Shown piece by piece: positions 21,186 to 31,965 of a stretch of 64,000 bases of DNA; within the stretch, counting starts at the first letter, position 1, and every line of letters begins with the position of its first letter. This DNA comes from an uncultured Arcobacter sp. (lineage in GTDB: Bacteria; Campylobacterota; Campylobacteria; Campylobacterales; Arcobacteraceae), in assembly GCA_965140705.1 (NCBI GenBank), contig OZ223302.1, forward strand, positions 352,001-416,000, written 5' to 3'. The notes beneath the pieces were generated by a model. It did not search any database. It was not told where the DNA came from and saw only the letters and a program-made list of their open reading frames with translations. The translations under genes and the position numbers were made by a program.

Positions 21186-22138
21186 AATGGTAAGTAAATT
21201 TTATCAATCATCTCTTGATACTCTAACTTAACATTACTATCACAAGTAATTCCACCACCACTTTTATAATAAAGATTTTTATCTTTATCTTTTTGAATAA
21301 ACCTAATCATAACAGAACTATCTAAACTCTTCCCATCAAAAACTCCAAAAATACCAGTGTAATACTCCCTATCGTATCCTTCAATATCTTTGATTATTTC
21401 TACAGTTTTTCTCTTTGGTGTTCCAGTTATTGAACCAGCTGGAAGAAGTGAAAGTAAGATATTTCCTAATTTTTCATTCCAATTACTTTGCAATTGACCT
21501 GATATTTTAGAACTTACTTGAAGAAGTTTTTTATCACCTGCCTTGATTTCATCAATATATCTAAATCTATCTACTCTAACTTTATTTGAAACTATCCCCA
21601 AATCATTACGAAGTAAATCTACTACCATCGTATGTTCAGCCATTTCTTTAATATCGTCCAAAATTTTAGCACTAGCATTTGCTAAGCTTGCATCAATAGT
21701 GCCTTTCATGGGATAAGTGTAGATTTTATCTTTTTTGATTTGTATAAATCTCTCAGGAGAAAAACAGACAAACTCATCTTTAAATTTTAGTTTAAATTTT
21801 GCCTTTGATTTTTCATAAATTTCATCTAAACCCAAATCACACTCTATTTTTGTTTTCGCTGTTAGATTTAGCAAATAACTATTTCCTGAAGCTATTTGTT
21901 CTTGTATATAGTCAAACTTCTTTTTATACTCTTCAAAATTCATTGGATATTTTATCAGAGCCTCATTTTTTATTGAACTTTTTTTCTCTTTAGTTGAAAT
22001 CTCATATTTTATATCTTGGGGTAGTTCTTTTAAGGGCTTTAAAAAGTAGTTTGTTAAATCATAACTTATCATAAAAAAAAATGGCTCTTTAGAAGAGCCA
22101 TAATTATTAAGTTGGTTTATTAAATCTTGATTATTCAA
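21182..22138 (-). CDS. pabB: aminodeoxychorismate synthase component I
   Basis: FSPERF, PMKGT, EHTMVVDLLRNDL, PAGSITGTPK, SGGGIT. Confidence 0.9.
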   Translation of the reverse strand: MNNQDLINQLNNYGSSKEPFFFMISYDLTNYFLKPLKELPQDIKYEISTKEKKSSIKNEALIKYPMNFEEYKKKFDYIQEQIASGNSYLLNLTAKTKIECDLGLDEIYEKSKAKFKLKFKDEFVCFSPERFIQIKKDKIYTYPMKGTIDASLANASAKILDDIKEMAEHTMVVDLLRNDLGIVSNKVRVDRFRYIDEIKAGDKKLLQVSSKISGQLQSNWNEKLGNILLSLLPAGSITGTPKRKTVEIIKDIEGYDREYYTGIFGVFDGKSLDSSVMIRFIQKDKDKNLYYKSGGGITCDSNVKLEYQEMIDKIYLPF

Positions 22139-22145
22139 AAAGATA

Positions 22146-23027
22146 CTATTGAGAAAGTATTAGTTTCTTTAGTACTGCCATTCTAACTGCAACACCATTT
22201 TTAACTTGTTTTAGAACTTTTGATCTAGGGTCTAATAACATCTCATCACTAATATCAACATTTCTATTTACAGGTCCTGGATGAAGAAGTAAAATATCTC
22301 TATCTCCTAGAACTTCTTTTGTAATACAATAATCTTTTGCGTAATCATTAATTGATTGAAAATAGATTTCATTGTGTCTTTCTAATTGCGTTCTTAAGCT
22401 CATCACAATATCAACTTCATCAATTACTTCTGAAATATAGTCATATTGTTTATGCTCATTTGTTTCTGATTTGAAACAATCAGGTGCTACAAAACATACA
22501 TCTAAACCAAATCTTGGTAAAAGTTTTCTATTAGACCCTGCAACTCTTGAAGTTCTAACATCACCTACTATTGCAATCTTTTTACCCTCGACTTCTCCCT
22601 CAAAATGTTCCATTATAGTAAACAAATCAAGTAAAGCTTGTGTAGGATGAGCATGTTTACCATCCCCTGCATTAATTATTGGACAATTTACATGTTCAAC
22701 CAAAGTTCCTGGTAAGCCACACTCTGAATGTCTTATTATAATAGCATCTGGACACATCGCATTGATATTTGCAACAGTATCAAATATAGTCTCACCTTTA
22801 CTTCTAGAACTTGTTCCAACATCAAGTGAAACAATCTCAGCACCTAATCTTTTTGCAGCTATTTCAAAAGCACTTCTAGTTCTTGTAGAGTTTTCAAAAA
22901 ATAGTGTAACTATTACTTTCCCTTTTAAAATATCCCTTGATTTCATATCTAAAAACAATTTCGCATCATCAAATAATGAAATAATCTCCTCGTTTGTAAA
23001 GTCTGAAGTTCTTATGAGGTTTTGCAT
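22146..23027 (-). CDS. pyrB: aspartate carbamoyltransferase catalytic subunit
   Basis: [20 protein letters not shown]. Confidence 0.97.
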   Translation of the reverse strand: MQNLIRTSDFTNEEIISLFDDAKLFLDMKSRDILKGKVIVTLFFENSTRTRSAFEIAAKRLGAEIVSLDVGTSSRSKGETIFDTVANINAMCPDAIIIRHSECGLPGTLVEHVNCPIINAGDGKHAHPTQALLDLFTIMEHFEGEVEGKKIAIVGDVRTSRVAGSNRKLLPRFGLDVCFVAPDCFKSETNEHKQYDYISEVIDEVDIVMSLRTQLERHNEIYFQSINDYAKDYCITKEVLGDRDILLLHPGPVNRNVDISDEMLLDPRSKVLKQVKNGVAVRMAVLKKLILSQ

Positions 23028-23115
23028 CTATTATCCTTGCCTTTTTAAAAACAAATTTTATCAAAAAAAAGATTAAATTGGTTATAATATTTTCCTATTT
23101 TAAATAAGGTATTTA

Positions 23116-25443
23116 ATGAAATTTTCTCTTTTGATAATATTTATAATTACATTTTCGTTTTCAAACGCAAATGCACAATTCAATGAAAAAGTCTCTTTTA
23201 ACGAAATCACAAAAGAAATCTCTTATAAAAATGATATAAAACCTATACTAGATAAAAGATGTGTAGTTTGTCACTCTTGTTATAATTCACCCTGTCAATT
23301 AAAGATGAGCTCACTTGAGGGTCTTTTAAGGGGAGCCACTAAAGAACCTATTTATAAAAATAGATTAAAAGCTGGTGAGATGACAAGACTCTTTGTAGAT
23401 GCGACTACGACTGAACAATGGAGAAAAAAAGGCTTTTATCCAGTAAATGAAAAGATACCAAATTTAAATGCTTCTATCATGTCTTATTTATTAAATCAAA
23501 AACAAGAATTTCCCAAGATAAAAGGAAGTTATGCCCCAGAAGATGATGAGTTAACTTGTATAAAAGATAAAGATGAACTTGAGAAATATTTAAATGATAA
23601 GCCCTATCATGGTATGCCCTATGGTTTTCCAGCTTTAAAAAAAGAAGAACACGATCTTCTTATGACTTGGCTTGATAGGGGAATAAAAAAACCTGAATCC
23701 TTACAAAATAAAGAACCAAAAGAGATAAAAATCTTTGAAGACTTTTTAAATAATCAAGATATAAAATATAAAGTAACAGCTAGATATATTTATGAACATC
23801 TTTTTTTAGCTCATATAAAATTCCCAGATAGTAATGATTATTATGAACTAGTTAGATCTTATACAAAACCAAATACAAGTATCAAAATAATAGCCACAAG
23901 ACTTCCTTATAATAAAGTAGAAGAACCATTTTATTATAGATTTCAGAAAATAAAATCAACTATTGTGCATAAAACACATATGGTATACAATCTTGATGAA
24001 AATAAATTAAAAAGATACAAAGACCTTTTTATAAATAGAAATTGGGAAGAAAAACCTACTTTAGTAAGTTATGACTCAAAAATAGCAGCAAACCCTTTAA
24101 CAGCTTATGAACAAATACCTGCAACATCTAGATACAACTTTTTACTTGATAATATTCACTATTTTATTATGACATTTATAAGAGGTCCTGTTTGTAAAGG
24201 TCAAATTGCACTAAATGTGATAAATGACCATTTTTGGGTTGCCTTTAAAGATCCAAAATATGATATAACGCTCCATGATAGTAACTTTATACACGACAAT
24301 TTAAAAAAGCTAAGTGTACCAAATGAATATGGACCAAATGCTCCTATTTTAGATACCTTTGATTTTTATGATTATGACCAAGATACCATAGCTTATTATA
24401 AAAATAAAAATGAACTTTACAAAAAATATTATAAAAATGGAATAGATATAAATAGTATTTGGAAAGGTAATAATAGTGATGAGAAAAACAATGATGCTAT
24501 TTTAACTATTTATAGACATTTTAATTCTGCTTCAGTTCAAAAAGGAGCCTTAGGTGATATTCCTAAAACTATGTGGGTTATTGATTACCCTTTATTAGAA
24601 AGACTTTATTATTCTCTTGTTGTGGGATTTGATGTATTTGGGAATACTCCCCACAAATTGCTTGTAAGAAAATATATGGATAGATTAAGAATAGAAGGTG
24701 AAAGTAACTTTTTAGAATACCTTCCAAAAGATATAAGAAAAACTCAATTTGACAAATGGTATTTAGGATATACTGCAAAATGGCTAATAACTTACACTCC
24801 CTCTCAAAATAACACCTTAGTAAAATATAAATCTAAACAGTACAAAAGAGAGTTGATTTTAGATATATTAAAATATACAAATACTCCAAAAGATGAAATG
24901 AATTTTATAGAAAAAGGCTATAAACAATCTCCCATATTAAAACAATACAATACAAAAGCCCAAATAGAAAGAAGTCTTAAAGATATGACCTTAAAAAAGA
25001 ATATGACTCTTTTTAGGGACTATTCAAGTAATAATTTCAATCTTTCATATTTAAGAATACAGATGAATAATGGAGATAATTATGTTTATTCAGTAGTAAT
25101 AAATAAATGGCATGACAATGTTGCCTTTTTATTTAATGAAAGTGAAAGATTAGATCCTAGCAAAGATAGAATAAATATAGTAAGGGGATTTGTAGGCTCA
25201 TATCCAAATTTATTTATTGTTGTTAAACAAGATGAGTTAAGCACATTCTTTAGTATTTTGGAAAATTATAAAAAGAATGATAATAAAAAATTAGCAAAAT
25301 ATTTTATAAGTAGAGAAAATAAAAATTTTTGGGAAGTGTATGATTGGTTTCAAAATGAATTTGACAAAGAGCAACCTATAGACTCAGGAATTTTTGATTT
25401 AAATAGATATTTTAGAAAATCTATCCTTCCCGAAACTAATTAA
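23116..25443 (+). CDS. cti: fatty acid cis-trans isomerase (periplasmic c-type heme protein)
   Basis: Signal peptide; RCVVCHSCYNSPCQLK heme motif; YEHLFLAH, HKTHM, FIRGPVC, RHFNSASV, LRIEGESNFL. Confidence 0.9.
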   Translation: MKFSLLIIFIITFSFSNANAQFNEKVSFNEITKEISYKNDIKPILDKRCVVCHSCYNSPCQLKMSSLEGLLRGATKEPIYKNRLKAGEMTRLFVDATTTEQWRKKGFYPVNEKIPNLNASIMSYLLNQKQEFPKIKGSYAPEDDELTCIKDKDELEKYLNDKPYHGMPYGFPALKKEEHDLLMTWLDRGIKKPESLQNKEPKEIKIFEDFLNNQDIKYKVTARYIYEHLFLAHIKFPDSNDYYELVRSYTKPNTSIKIIATRLPYNKVEEPFYYRFQKIKSTIVHKTHMVYNLDENKLKRYKDLFINRNWEEKPTLVSYDSKIAANPLTAYEQIPATSRYNFLLDNIHYFIMTFIRGPVCKGQIALNVINDHFWVAFKDPKYDITLHDSNFIHDNLKKLSVPNEYGPNAPILDTFDFYDYDQDTIAYYKNKNELYKKYYKNGIDINSIWKGNNSDEKNNDAILTIYRHFNSASVQKGALGDIPKTMWVIDYPLLERLYYSLVVGFDVFGNTPHKLLVRKYMDRLRIEGESNFLEYLPKDIRKTQFDKWYLGYTAKWLITYTPSQNNTLVKYKSKQYKRELILDILKYTNTPKDEMNFIEKGYKQSPILKQYNTKAQIERSLKDMTLKKNMTLFRDYSSNNFNLSYLRIQMNNGDNYVYSVVINKWHDNVAFLFNESERLDPSKDRINIVRGFVGSYPNLFIVVKQDELSTFFSILENYKKNDNKKLAKYFISRENKNFWEVYDWFQNEFDKEQPIDSGIFDLNRYFRKSILPETN

Positions 25444-25490
25444 AAATATATTTTCGATATAATAAGCATATTTTTTTAGGAAGTTTACAA

Positions 25491-26672
25491 ATGTTAGAAC
25501 AATTAGACAAAGATTATGTATTAAATACTTATGCAAGAAATTATGTTAATTTTAAAAGAGGAGAAAATGCTACTCTTTTTGATGATAAAGATAAAAATTA
25601 TATAGATTTCACTTCAGGTATTGGAGTTGTTAGTGTTGGTCATGGAAACAAACAAGTAGCAGATGCTATTTACGATCAAGTTAGTAAAATAACTCATATA
25701 TCAAACTTATATGCAATAGAACCACAAGCACTTTTGGCTCAAAAAATAGCGCAACTTAGTGGTTATGATGTGGCAACATTTTTTGCAAATAGTGGGGCTG
25801 AAGCAAATGAAGGTGCAATAAAAATTGCAAGAAAATATGGAAAAACAAAATTTGCAAATAAAAAATATAAAGTTATAACTTTAGAGCACTCTTTCCATGG
25901 AAGAACTATTACAACAGTAAGAGCTACAGGGCAAGATAGTTTTCACTCTGAAAATTTTTCTCCATATCCTGAAGGTTTTTCATATAACAAACAAATCAAT
26001 GATATCTTTAACTCTATAGATGAAGAGACTGTTGCTGTAATGATTGAACTTGTTCAAGGTGAAGGTGGTGTTCAACCTTTTGAAAAAGAAGAGATTCAAA
26101 AATTAGCCGCATTTTTAAAAGAAAAAGAGATTTTATTAATCGTTGATGAAGTTCAAACGGGAGTGTTTAGAACTGGTGAATTTTTAGCTTCAAATCTATA
26201 TGAAATAGAACCTGATATTATAACTTTAGCAAAAGGTTTAGGTGGTGGAGTTCCTATTGGTGCTATATTGACTAAACATAAAGATATTTTCTCACCAGGA
26301 GATCATGGTTCAACTTTTGGAGGTAATTATTTAGTTACAAGAACAGGATTAGAAGTTTTAAAAATCTTAGATGAATACAAAGATAAAGGTGCACTAGATG
26401 AAGCAATTATCTATTTTGAATCAAAACTAAGTGCTCTTTTTGAAAAATATCCAAATATCTTTACTGCAAAAGTTGGGCTAGGTCTTATGAGAGGACTTAA
26501 AGCAAAAGACCAAGAGACTCTATTGGCTATTATTAAAAATGCTTTTGAAGAGGGAGTATTAGTATTAAAATCAGGAAGAAATACTTTAAGATTTTTACCA
26601 GTATTAACTATTACAAAAGAAGAAATTGATGAAGGGTTCAAAAGGCTAGATAATGCAATTTCTAAGATTTAG
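25491..26672 (+). CDS. argD: acetylornithine aminotransferase
   Basis: NSGAEANE, SFHGRT, DEVQTG, LAKGLGGG, HGSTFGGN. Confidence 0.93.
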   Translation: MLEQLDKDYVLNTYARNYVNFKRGENATLFDDKDKNYIDFTSGIGVVSVGHGNKQVADAIYDQVSKITHISNLYAIEPQALLAQKIAQLSGYDVATFFANSGAEANEGAIKIARKYGKTKFANKKYKVITLEHSFHGRTITTVRATGQDSFHSENFSPYPEGFSYNKQINDIFNSIDEETVAVMIELVQGEGGVQPFEKEEIQKLAAFLKEKEILLIVDEVQTGVFRTGEFLASNLYEIEPDIITLAKGLGGGVPIGAILTKHKDIFSPGDHGSTFGGNYLVTRTGLEVLKILDEYKDKGALDEAIIYFESKLSALFEKYPNIFTAKVGLGLMRGLKAKDQETLLAIIKNAFEEGVLVLKSGRNTLRFLPVLTITKEEIDEGFKRLDNAISKI

Positions 26673-27846
26673 ACTCTCACTAGCAACTATTGTACTAGTT
26701 GCTAATTCTTCTTTTGCAGCACAAAGTGATAAATTAGATGAATCGATTCTTTCAAAAAAAAGATTGGAAATATTTGATTTATCAAAAGAGCAAATAGAAG
26801 AAGATAGTTCAAAACTTAAGAAAGATTGGATAAACCCAATAAATTATACCTACTCAAAAGTTTATGGAGATAAATATGATACTGAAAAGTCTCTTATCTC
26901 TGTAGACCAACCAATATTTAAAACAGGCGGTATTTATAAAGCCATAAAATATGCAAATGCCCAAAGACTATATTCACATTTAGATTTAGATTTGCAAAAA
27001 AAAGCAATGATAAAAGATACTACAACTATTTTATTCAATATTCATAAACTAGAATTACAAATAAAAAAACAACAGCTCTTAGTAAAAAATGGTGAAATAG
27101 ATATAAAAAGGAAAAAAGAGCAAGTACTTAATGGTTTTGCGGACACCTCTTTACTTGATAATGCCATACTAGATACAAATACAAGTAGAAATGCCTTGGC
27201 TGATTTAATTTATCAAAAAGAAGAACTAATAAATCAATTTAGTACTTATGCAAGTGGTGACTACAAAACTTTTACTTTGCCAAAATTTCAAATTATTAAT
27301 AAAGAAGCTTTTATACAAGACAATCTAACTTTAAAAAAATCAAAAGCAGATATAAGTAGTAAAAAAGATTTTTCTTGGATGACTATATCAAAATATCTTC
27401 CAACAGTAAGTGCAACTTTTGATTATACAAAATATCACTCAAGTAATAATCCTACAATAAATACAGATGATGATATCCAAAACTATGGAATAAAAATAAC
27501 TATGCCCCTTGATACAAGAACATTCAATGATATTCAAAGCACAAGAATAGATTATTTAAAAGCGAAATTGGATTTTGATAACCAAGTTTTAGAACAAGAG
27601 AACTATTTCAAAAGTAAACTATCAAAAATCAAAATGATAGATTCTAAAATAGCTATTGCAAAAAATGATTATGTATTATATAACTCACTACTTGATGTGG
27701 TTGTGGAAGAAAAAGAAGCAGAACTAAAAACTCAAAGTGATGTGGATACGCTACTAAATTCTAAGAAAATAAGAGAATTAGACCTCAAAATTTATAATAT
27801 CGATAAACAAATTGAATTATTAGATATTTATTCTAAAATAAGCTAA
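26653..27846 (+). CDS. TolC-family outer membrane efflux protein
   Basis: Signal peptide, helical repeats, YLPTVS..YGIKITMPL beta-strand pattern. Confidence 0.7.
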   Translation: MQFLRFRLSLATIVLVANSSFAAQSDKLDESILSKKRLEIFDLSKEQIEEDSSKLKKDWINPINYTYSKVYGDKYDTEKSLISVDQPIFKTGGIYKAIKYANAQRLYSHLDLDLQKKAMIKDTTTILFNIHKLELQIKKQQLLVKNGEIDIKRKKEQVLNGFADTSLLDNAILDTNTSRNALADLIYQKEELINQFSTYASGDYKTFTLPKFQIINKEAFIQDNLTLKKSKADISSKKDFSWMTISKYLPTVSATFDYTKYHSSNNPTINTDDDIQNYGIKITMPLDTRTFNDIQSTRIDYLKAKLDFDNQVLEQENYFKSKLSKIKMIDSKIAIAKNDYVLYNSLLDVVVEEKEAELKTQSDVDTLLNSKKIRELDLKIYNIDKQIELLDIYSKIS

Positions 27847-27859
27847 CAAAATAAGAAGA

Positions 27860-29311
27860 TTATTTCTTCTTATTTGTAGGCAAATTTAAATAATATTCAA
27901 TCTCACCTTCTGTTAGGATTTTAATAGTATTTGTACTTCCTGGTATCCCGGCTGGATATCCAATAGTTGCTATATATGGTCCTGTTTTATCTAAAATATT
28001 TCTAGACTCTAGATTTTTTAACATCTTTTGAATCATTTTAGAAGCTTGTCCTTCTTTTAATACTGTAATAGGATAAACACCCCAAATAGCACTTAAAGAG
28101 TTTAATACTTTTCTTTTATGAGAAAACGCTAAGATTTTTGTTTTTGGTCTATATCTTGATATTTTCATTGCAGATTTACCTGAACTTGTAAGTGCTAAAA
28201 TACCTTTTGCACCTAAATCATCTGCAAGTTTTGTAACTGTTCCTTGAATAACATCAAATTCATCCAAATAAGCTAATTTAGATTGTTTATCAAAGTTATA
28301 AATCTCTTCTGTTTTAGCAATAATATTACTCATTGTTTGCACAACATTAATAGGATCTGTTCCTACAGCACTCTCTTCAGAAAGCATTACTACATCAGTT
28401 CCATCTAGAACTGCATTTGCTACATCTGAAATCTCTGCTCTTGTTGCTCTTTCATTTTCTGTCATAGATAGAAGCATTTGAGTTGCTGTTATTACTGGTT
28501 TACAAGCTGCATTTGCTTTTTTGATAAGGCTTTTTTGAATAGTTGGAACTTCATAATAAGGTACTTCAATTCCTAAATCTCCCCTTGCTACCATAAGACC
28601 ATCACTTACTTCTATTATTTCATCAATATTTTCAACTGCATCAAATTTTTCTATTTTTGCAATTAGTTTTCCATGATAACCATTTAAAAGTTTTCTTGCA
28701 TGTTCCATATCTTTTTTATTTTGTACAAATGAGATTGCAAAATAATCAACTTTATTTTCAACTCCCCATGCAATATCTTTTTCATCTTTTTCAGTAATTA
28801 CATCAATATCTATTATAGTATTAGGAAAGTTTACACCTTTTCTTGAACCTAATTTCCCATGATTTTCTATTTCTGCTTTTACTTGAGCTCCTGTTTCTAT
28901 TACTTTTGCTCTAATTGTTCCATCATAAAGATATATATATTCATCTTTTTTTACTTTATCAAGTAATTCTGGATAATTTAAAGAGGCTACATATTCAGTT
29001 TCACTCTCTTTATATCCTACTATATCTTCTTTTACAAATCTTATAGTATCTCCTTTTCTCAACTCAAAAGGCTCTTTTAGATCCCCCAATCTTACCTTTG
29101 GTCCTGAGATATCTTGTAAAACTGCAACAGTTGTATTTAGATTTTCCATTGCTTTTCTTATATTATTTAAGGTATTTAAATGATATTCATGGCTTCCATG
29201 TGAAAAATTTAATCTAAACATATTTGCCCCAGCTTTTATCAATCCTTCTATTATTTCTATTGTATCACTTGCTGGTCCTAAGGTTGCTAATATTTTTGTT
29301 CTTTTATACAT
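27860..29311 (-). CDS. pyk: pyruvate kinase
   Basis: TKILATLGPAS, RLNFSHG, MVARGDLG, TRAEISDVANA. Confidence 0.97.
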   Translation of the reverse strand: MYKRTKILATLGPASDTIEIIEGLIKAGANMFRLNFSHGSHEYHLNTLNNIRKAMENLNTTVAVLQDISGPKVRLGDLKEPFELRKGDTIRFVKEDIVGYKESETEYVASLNYPELLDKVKKDEYIYLYDGTIRAKVIETGAQVKAEIENHGKLGSRKGVNFPNTIIDIDVITEKDEKDIAWGVENKVDYFAISFVQNKKDMEHARKLLNGYHGKLIAKIEKFDAVENIDEIIEVSDGLMVARGDLGIEVPYYEVPTIQKSLIKKANAACKPVITATQMLLSMTENERATRAEISDVANAVLDGTDVVMLSEESAVGTDPINVVQTMSNIIAKTEEIYNFDKQSKLAYLDEFDVIQGTVTKLADDLGAKGILALTSSGKSAMKISRYRPKTKILAFSHKRKVLNSLSAIWGVYPITVLKEGQASKMIQKMLKNLESRNILDKTGPYIATIGYPAGIPGSTNTIKILTEGEIEYYLNLPTNKKK

Positions 29312-29500
29312 AAATTAATCCTTTCGTATTTTATGGGTGATTATACCATAATCCCAGTTACACCCTAGTAACATTTTATATACAGTTTTAGATACTATTA
29401 TTTTTATGAATACAAAAATTAGTGATTATTTTAATAATTAGCTTTATGGTTAAAGTAGAAAAACATATAAATACAAGCAAAAATTATTTGAAAAAAGAGT

Positions 29501-29535
29501 AAAAAAGTGCCAAGAAAAAATTAAAACTTGGCACA
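29501..29535 (-). terminator. terminator after dddY
   Basis: gtgccaag...cttggcac stem with an A-tract on the left (U-tract on the - strand). Confidence 0.6.
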
Positions 29536-29554
29536 ATTTATAATTTTTAGAGAT

Positions 29555-30808
29555 CTACCATTTAGTATTGGTTAAATCACATTGAATCATTTCTCCCCTA
29601 TGTGCAGGAGTTCCTGGTTTTTCAGCTGATTCACAAAGTAAAGTAGTCCCGTAGTCATTTCTTTTATCATGGGCATTAGTTCTCGCCCAAACAGATACAA
29701 GGGCTCTTTCTTCTGGTTTTGCTTCACATTTTCCATCTACTTCAAAAGCATGAATTGTATTTTCATGAAGATAAAGAAGTGAGTTATTTAAAGCACTTCC
29801 TGAGACCCACATATCAGGCTCATTTTTTGCTCCTGCATCAAATTGAACTCTTCTAAACTTTTTATTTACTTCTACTGTTCTTAATAAAGGATTATCTGCT
29901 CTTATTGCAAAACTTTTAAATTGTTTTACACAAGCAGGCATTCTCATATTATAATAAATTTCAGGCATTGCATGATTGTGATAAGGGTATAAAGAGTCTA
30001 CTACTTGAACTGTCATACCAACTTCAGCTCCAACTTTTTGCCCATTAATTTCATCAATTCTTAATAAACCCCAATGTCCTAATATTTCAGCATAAGCATA
30101 TCCTCCACGAATAATAAGAAAGTTTTTTTCATTTCTTTTACTCTCCTCTGCATACATTGGGAACCAACCTGCTGCAGCCCAAAGATTAGGTAAAGAGTTT
30201 GCACTTACATCATAAGGAAAAGTTTTTGGCATATGAATCTCATCACCTGTTACCATTTTATAAAAGTTTTTAGTAAACTCTTTTCCTCTTTTTCTTACAT
30301 CTTTATTTTTAACTTTTTTGTCAAAGAACTCTTCAAAAGTCATACGATTTGCCCATTTAGCAACAGGAGATTTTTCTTGAAGTTCTCCACCTGGGTTATA
30401 AATCCAATTTACATCTCTTCTTGCAGAGAAACAAACTTTTGCTTTTTCTTTATTAAATAAGATTTGATAGATATTTTTTACCATATTCTTCATATCTCTT
30501 CTATCCATAATACACATTTTATTATCTTTTTTTGTTGTATCATAAATAGCTTCATCTGAATTCATACAGTGATTTAAATCTCCATTAGTTAAAGCTAAAG
30601 CATAAGCTTTTAGATAAACTAAGGTTTCATCCCAAAGAATATCTACATATTTTTGATCTTTTTTATTATATTTTACAGGTTTAGATAAACACTTAAACTC
30701 TGCATTTAAGATATCATTTTTATCCAAATAATTTGGGATTTCCAGTCCTGCACCATATAACAAATTTGTTAAAATTAATATAACTCCAAGTTTTTTAAAA
30801 ATAAACAT
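29555..30808 (-). CDS. dddY: periplasmic DMSP lyase DddY
   Basis: Signal peptide (start corrected to 30808); about 400 aa with C-terminal cupin motifs YPYHNHAMPEIYY and NTIHAF; adjacent cytochrome and flavoprotein genes match the known dddY context. Confidence 0.85.
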   Translation of the reverse strand: MFIFKKLGVILILTNLLYGAGLEIPNYLDKNDILNAEFKCLSKPVKYNKKDQKYVDILWDETLVYLKAYALALTNGDLNHCMNSDEAIYDTTKKDNKMCIMDRRDMKNMVKNIYQILFNKEKAKVCFSARRDVNWIYNPGGELQEKSPVAKWANRMTFEEFFDKKVKNKDVRKRGKEFTKNFYKMVTGDEIHMPKTFPYDVSANSLPNLWAAAGWFPMYAEESKRNEKNFLIIRGGYAYAEILGHWGLLRIDEINGQKVGAEVGMTVQVVDSLYPYHNHAMPEIYYNMRMPACVKQFKSFAIRADNPLLRTVEVNKKFRRVQFDAGAKNEPDMWVSGSALNNSLLYLHENTIHAFEVDGKCEAKPEERALVSVWARTNAHDKRNDYGTTLLCESAEKPGTPAHRGEMIQCDLTNTKW

Positions 30809-30869
30809 ACCATTACCTTTTTTTCCAATAATAAAATCTTTTACAAAGCCCAAATAAACAACCTAGAAG

Positions 30870-31505
30870 TTATTTATCAGCTGTTTGTATTCCATATTTT
30901 TTATACTCTTTTTGAGTTTCAAGTTTTTTCTCTTCCATTTTATCTTTATAAATACTATGTTCTGGCTTATAATAATTTAGAACATTTCTTAAATTTTTAT
31001 GACCAGCATCAAAGTGACATGAGGCGCATGAAATTTGTTTTTCTGTTCCTTTTAATTTAGCATAATGATTATGCATTTTTTGCGCTTGTTTACTTAAAGA
31101 TACTAAATCTCTATCAAAGGCATTACCATGGCATTCTAAACATCCAGAATCATATACAAAAGTATTACGATGTTTAGTTTTTTCTTGCCAATTTATGTCA
31201 TCAGGATTTCCAAAAAAATGAATTCCAACTTCCACAACTCCATTTTTCGCTTTTGTGAAAATATAATTAGCTAAACTATCATGGGGTAAGTGACAATCTA
31301 CACATCTTGCACTAGCACCCAAGTCACCTTTTCCACCATGTGCATCTTGTTTATAAGAGATAACCATAGGATCCATTTCATGACAAGAGACACAAAATTT
31401 TTGTCCACTTGTTTTATGAATTCCATAATAAGTTCCATAAGAAAGAGATAATCCAACTAACCCACCAATAAACAATAGTGCTATTATAAATAATGTAGGT
31501 CTCAT
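30870..31505 (-). CDS. NapC/NirT-family membrane tetraheme cytochrome c (quinol dehydrogenase)
   Basis: N-terminal TM; CVSCHEM, CVDCH, CLECH, CASCH. Confidence 0.9.
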   Translation of the reverse strand: MRPTLFIIALLFIGGLVGLSLSYGTYYGIHKTSGQKFCVSCHEMDPMVISYKQDAHGGKGDLGASARCVDCHLPHDSLANYIFTKAKNGVVEVGIHFFGNPDDINWQEKTKHRNTFVYDSGCLECHGNAFDRDLVSLSKQAQKMHNHYAKLKGTEKQISCASCHFDAGHKNLRNVLNYYKPEHSIYKDKMEEKKLETQKEYKKYGIQTADK

Positions 31506-31963
31506 GGTGTCTCCTTCATCCAGATTTTATTTTCAATCTCTTTTTGATGACATTCTGCACACATATTTGTAGAAGGTTTATGTTCATTATGGCACTCATC
31601 ACAATATAAATTTGGTCCATCATGAACCGAATTGTGAGGGTTTGCTTTATGAACATCCATAAAAGACAATCTTTGAGCCAAATAAACTTTTGTTTTATGA
31701 CATGATAAACAGGTTTTTTCTTCTACTGCTTCAAAGTGTTCAGGGTCATCACCTTGATTTTTATGACAAAAAACACACTCTAAAGACAAACTTTCATGCA
31801 CTTCTTTTAAAGGATATTTTGCTTTTTGTTCAGGTGTTACACTTACTATATTTTCTTCACTTTGAGGAAAAGGCAAAAGCTTTTCCTCTTTTTCATTGGC
31901 AAATAAAAATAATGATAGAAGTAAAATAGTAATGCCACCCATTACTTTTACTATATTTTTCAT
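31502..31963 (-). CDS. small tetraheme cytochrome c (flavocytochrome heme subunit)
   Basis: Signal peptide; CVFCH, CLSCH, CDECH, CAECH; NPHNSVH. Confidence 0.88.
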   Translation of the reverse strand: MKNIVKVMGGITILLLSLFLFANEKEEKLLPFPQSEENIVSVTPEQKAKYPLKEVHESLSLECVFCHKNQGDDPEHFEAVEEKTCLSCHKTKVYLAQRLSFMDVHKANPHNSVHDGPNLYCDECHNEHKPSTNMCAECHQKEIENKIWMKETP

Positions 31964-31965
31964 AA

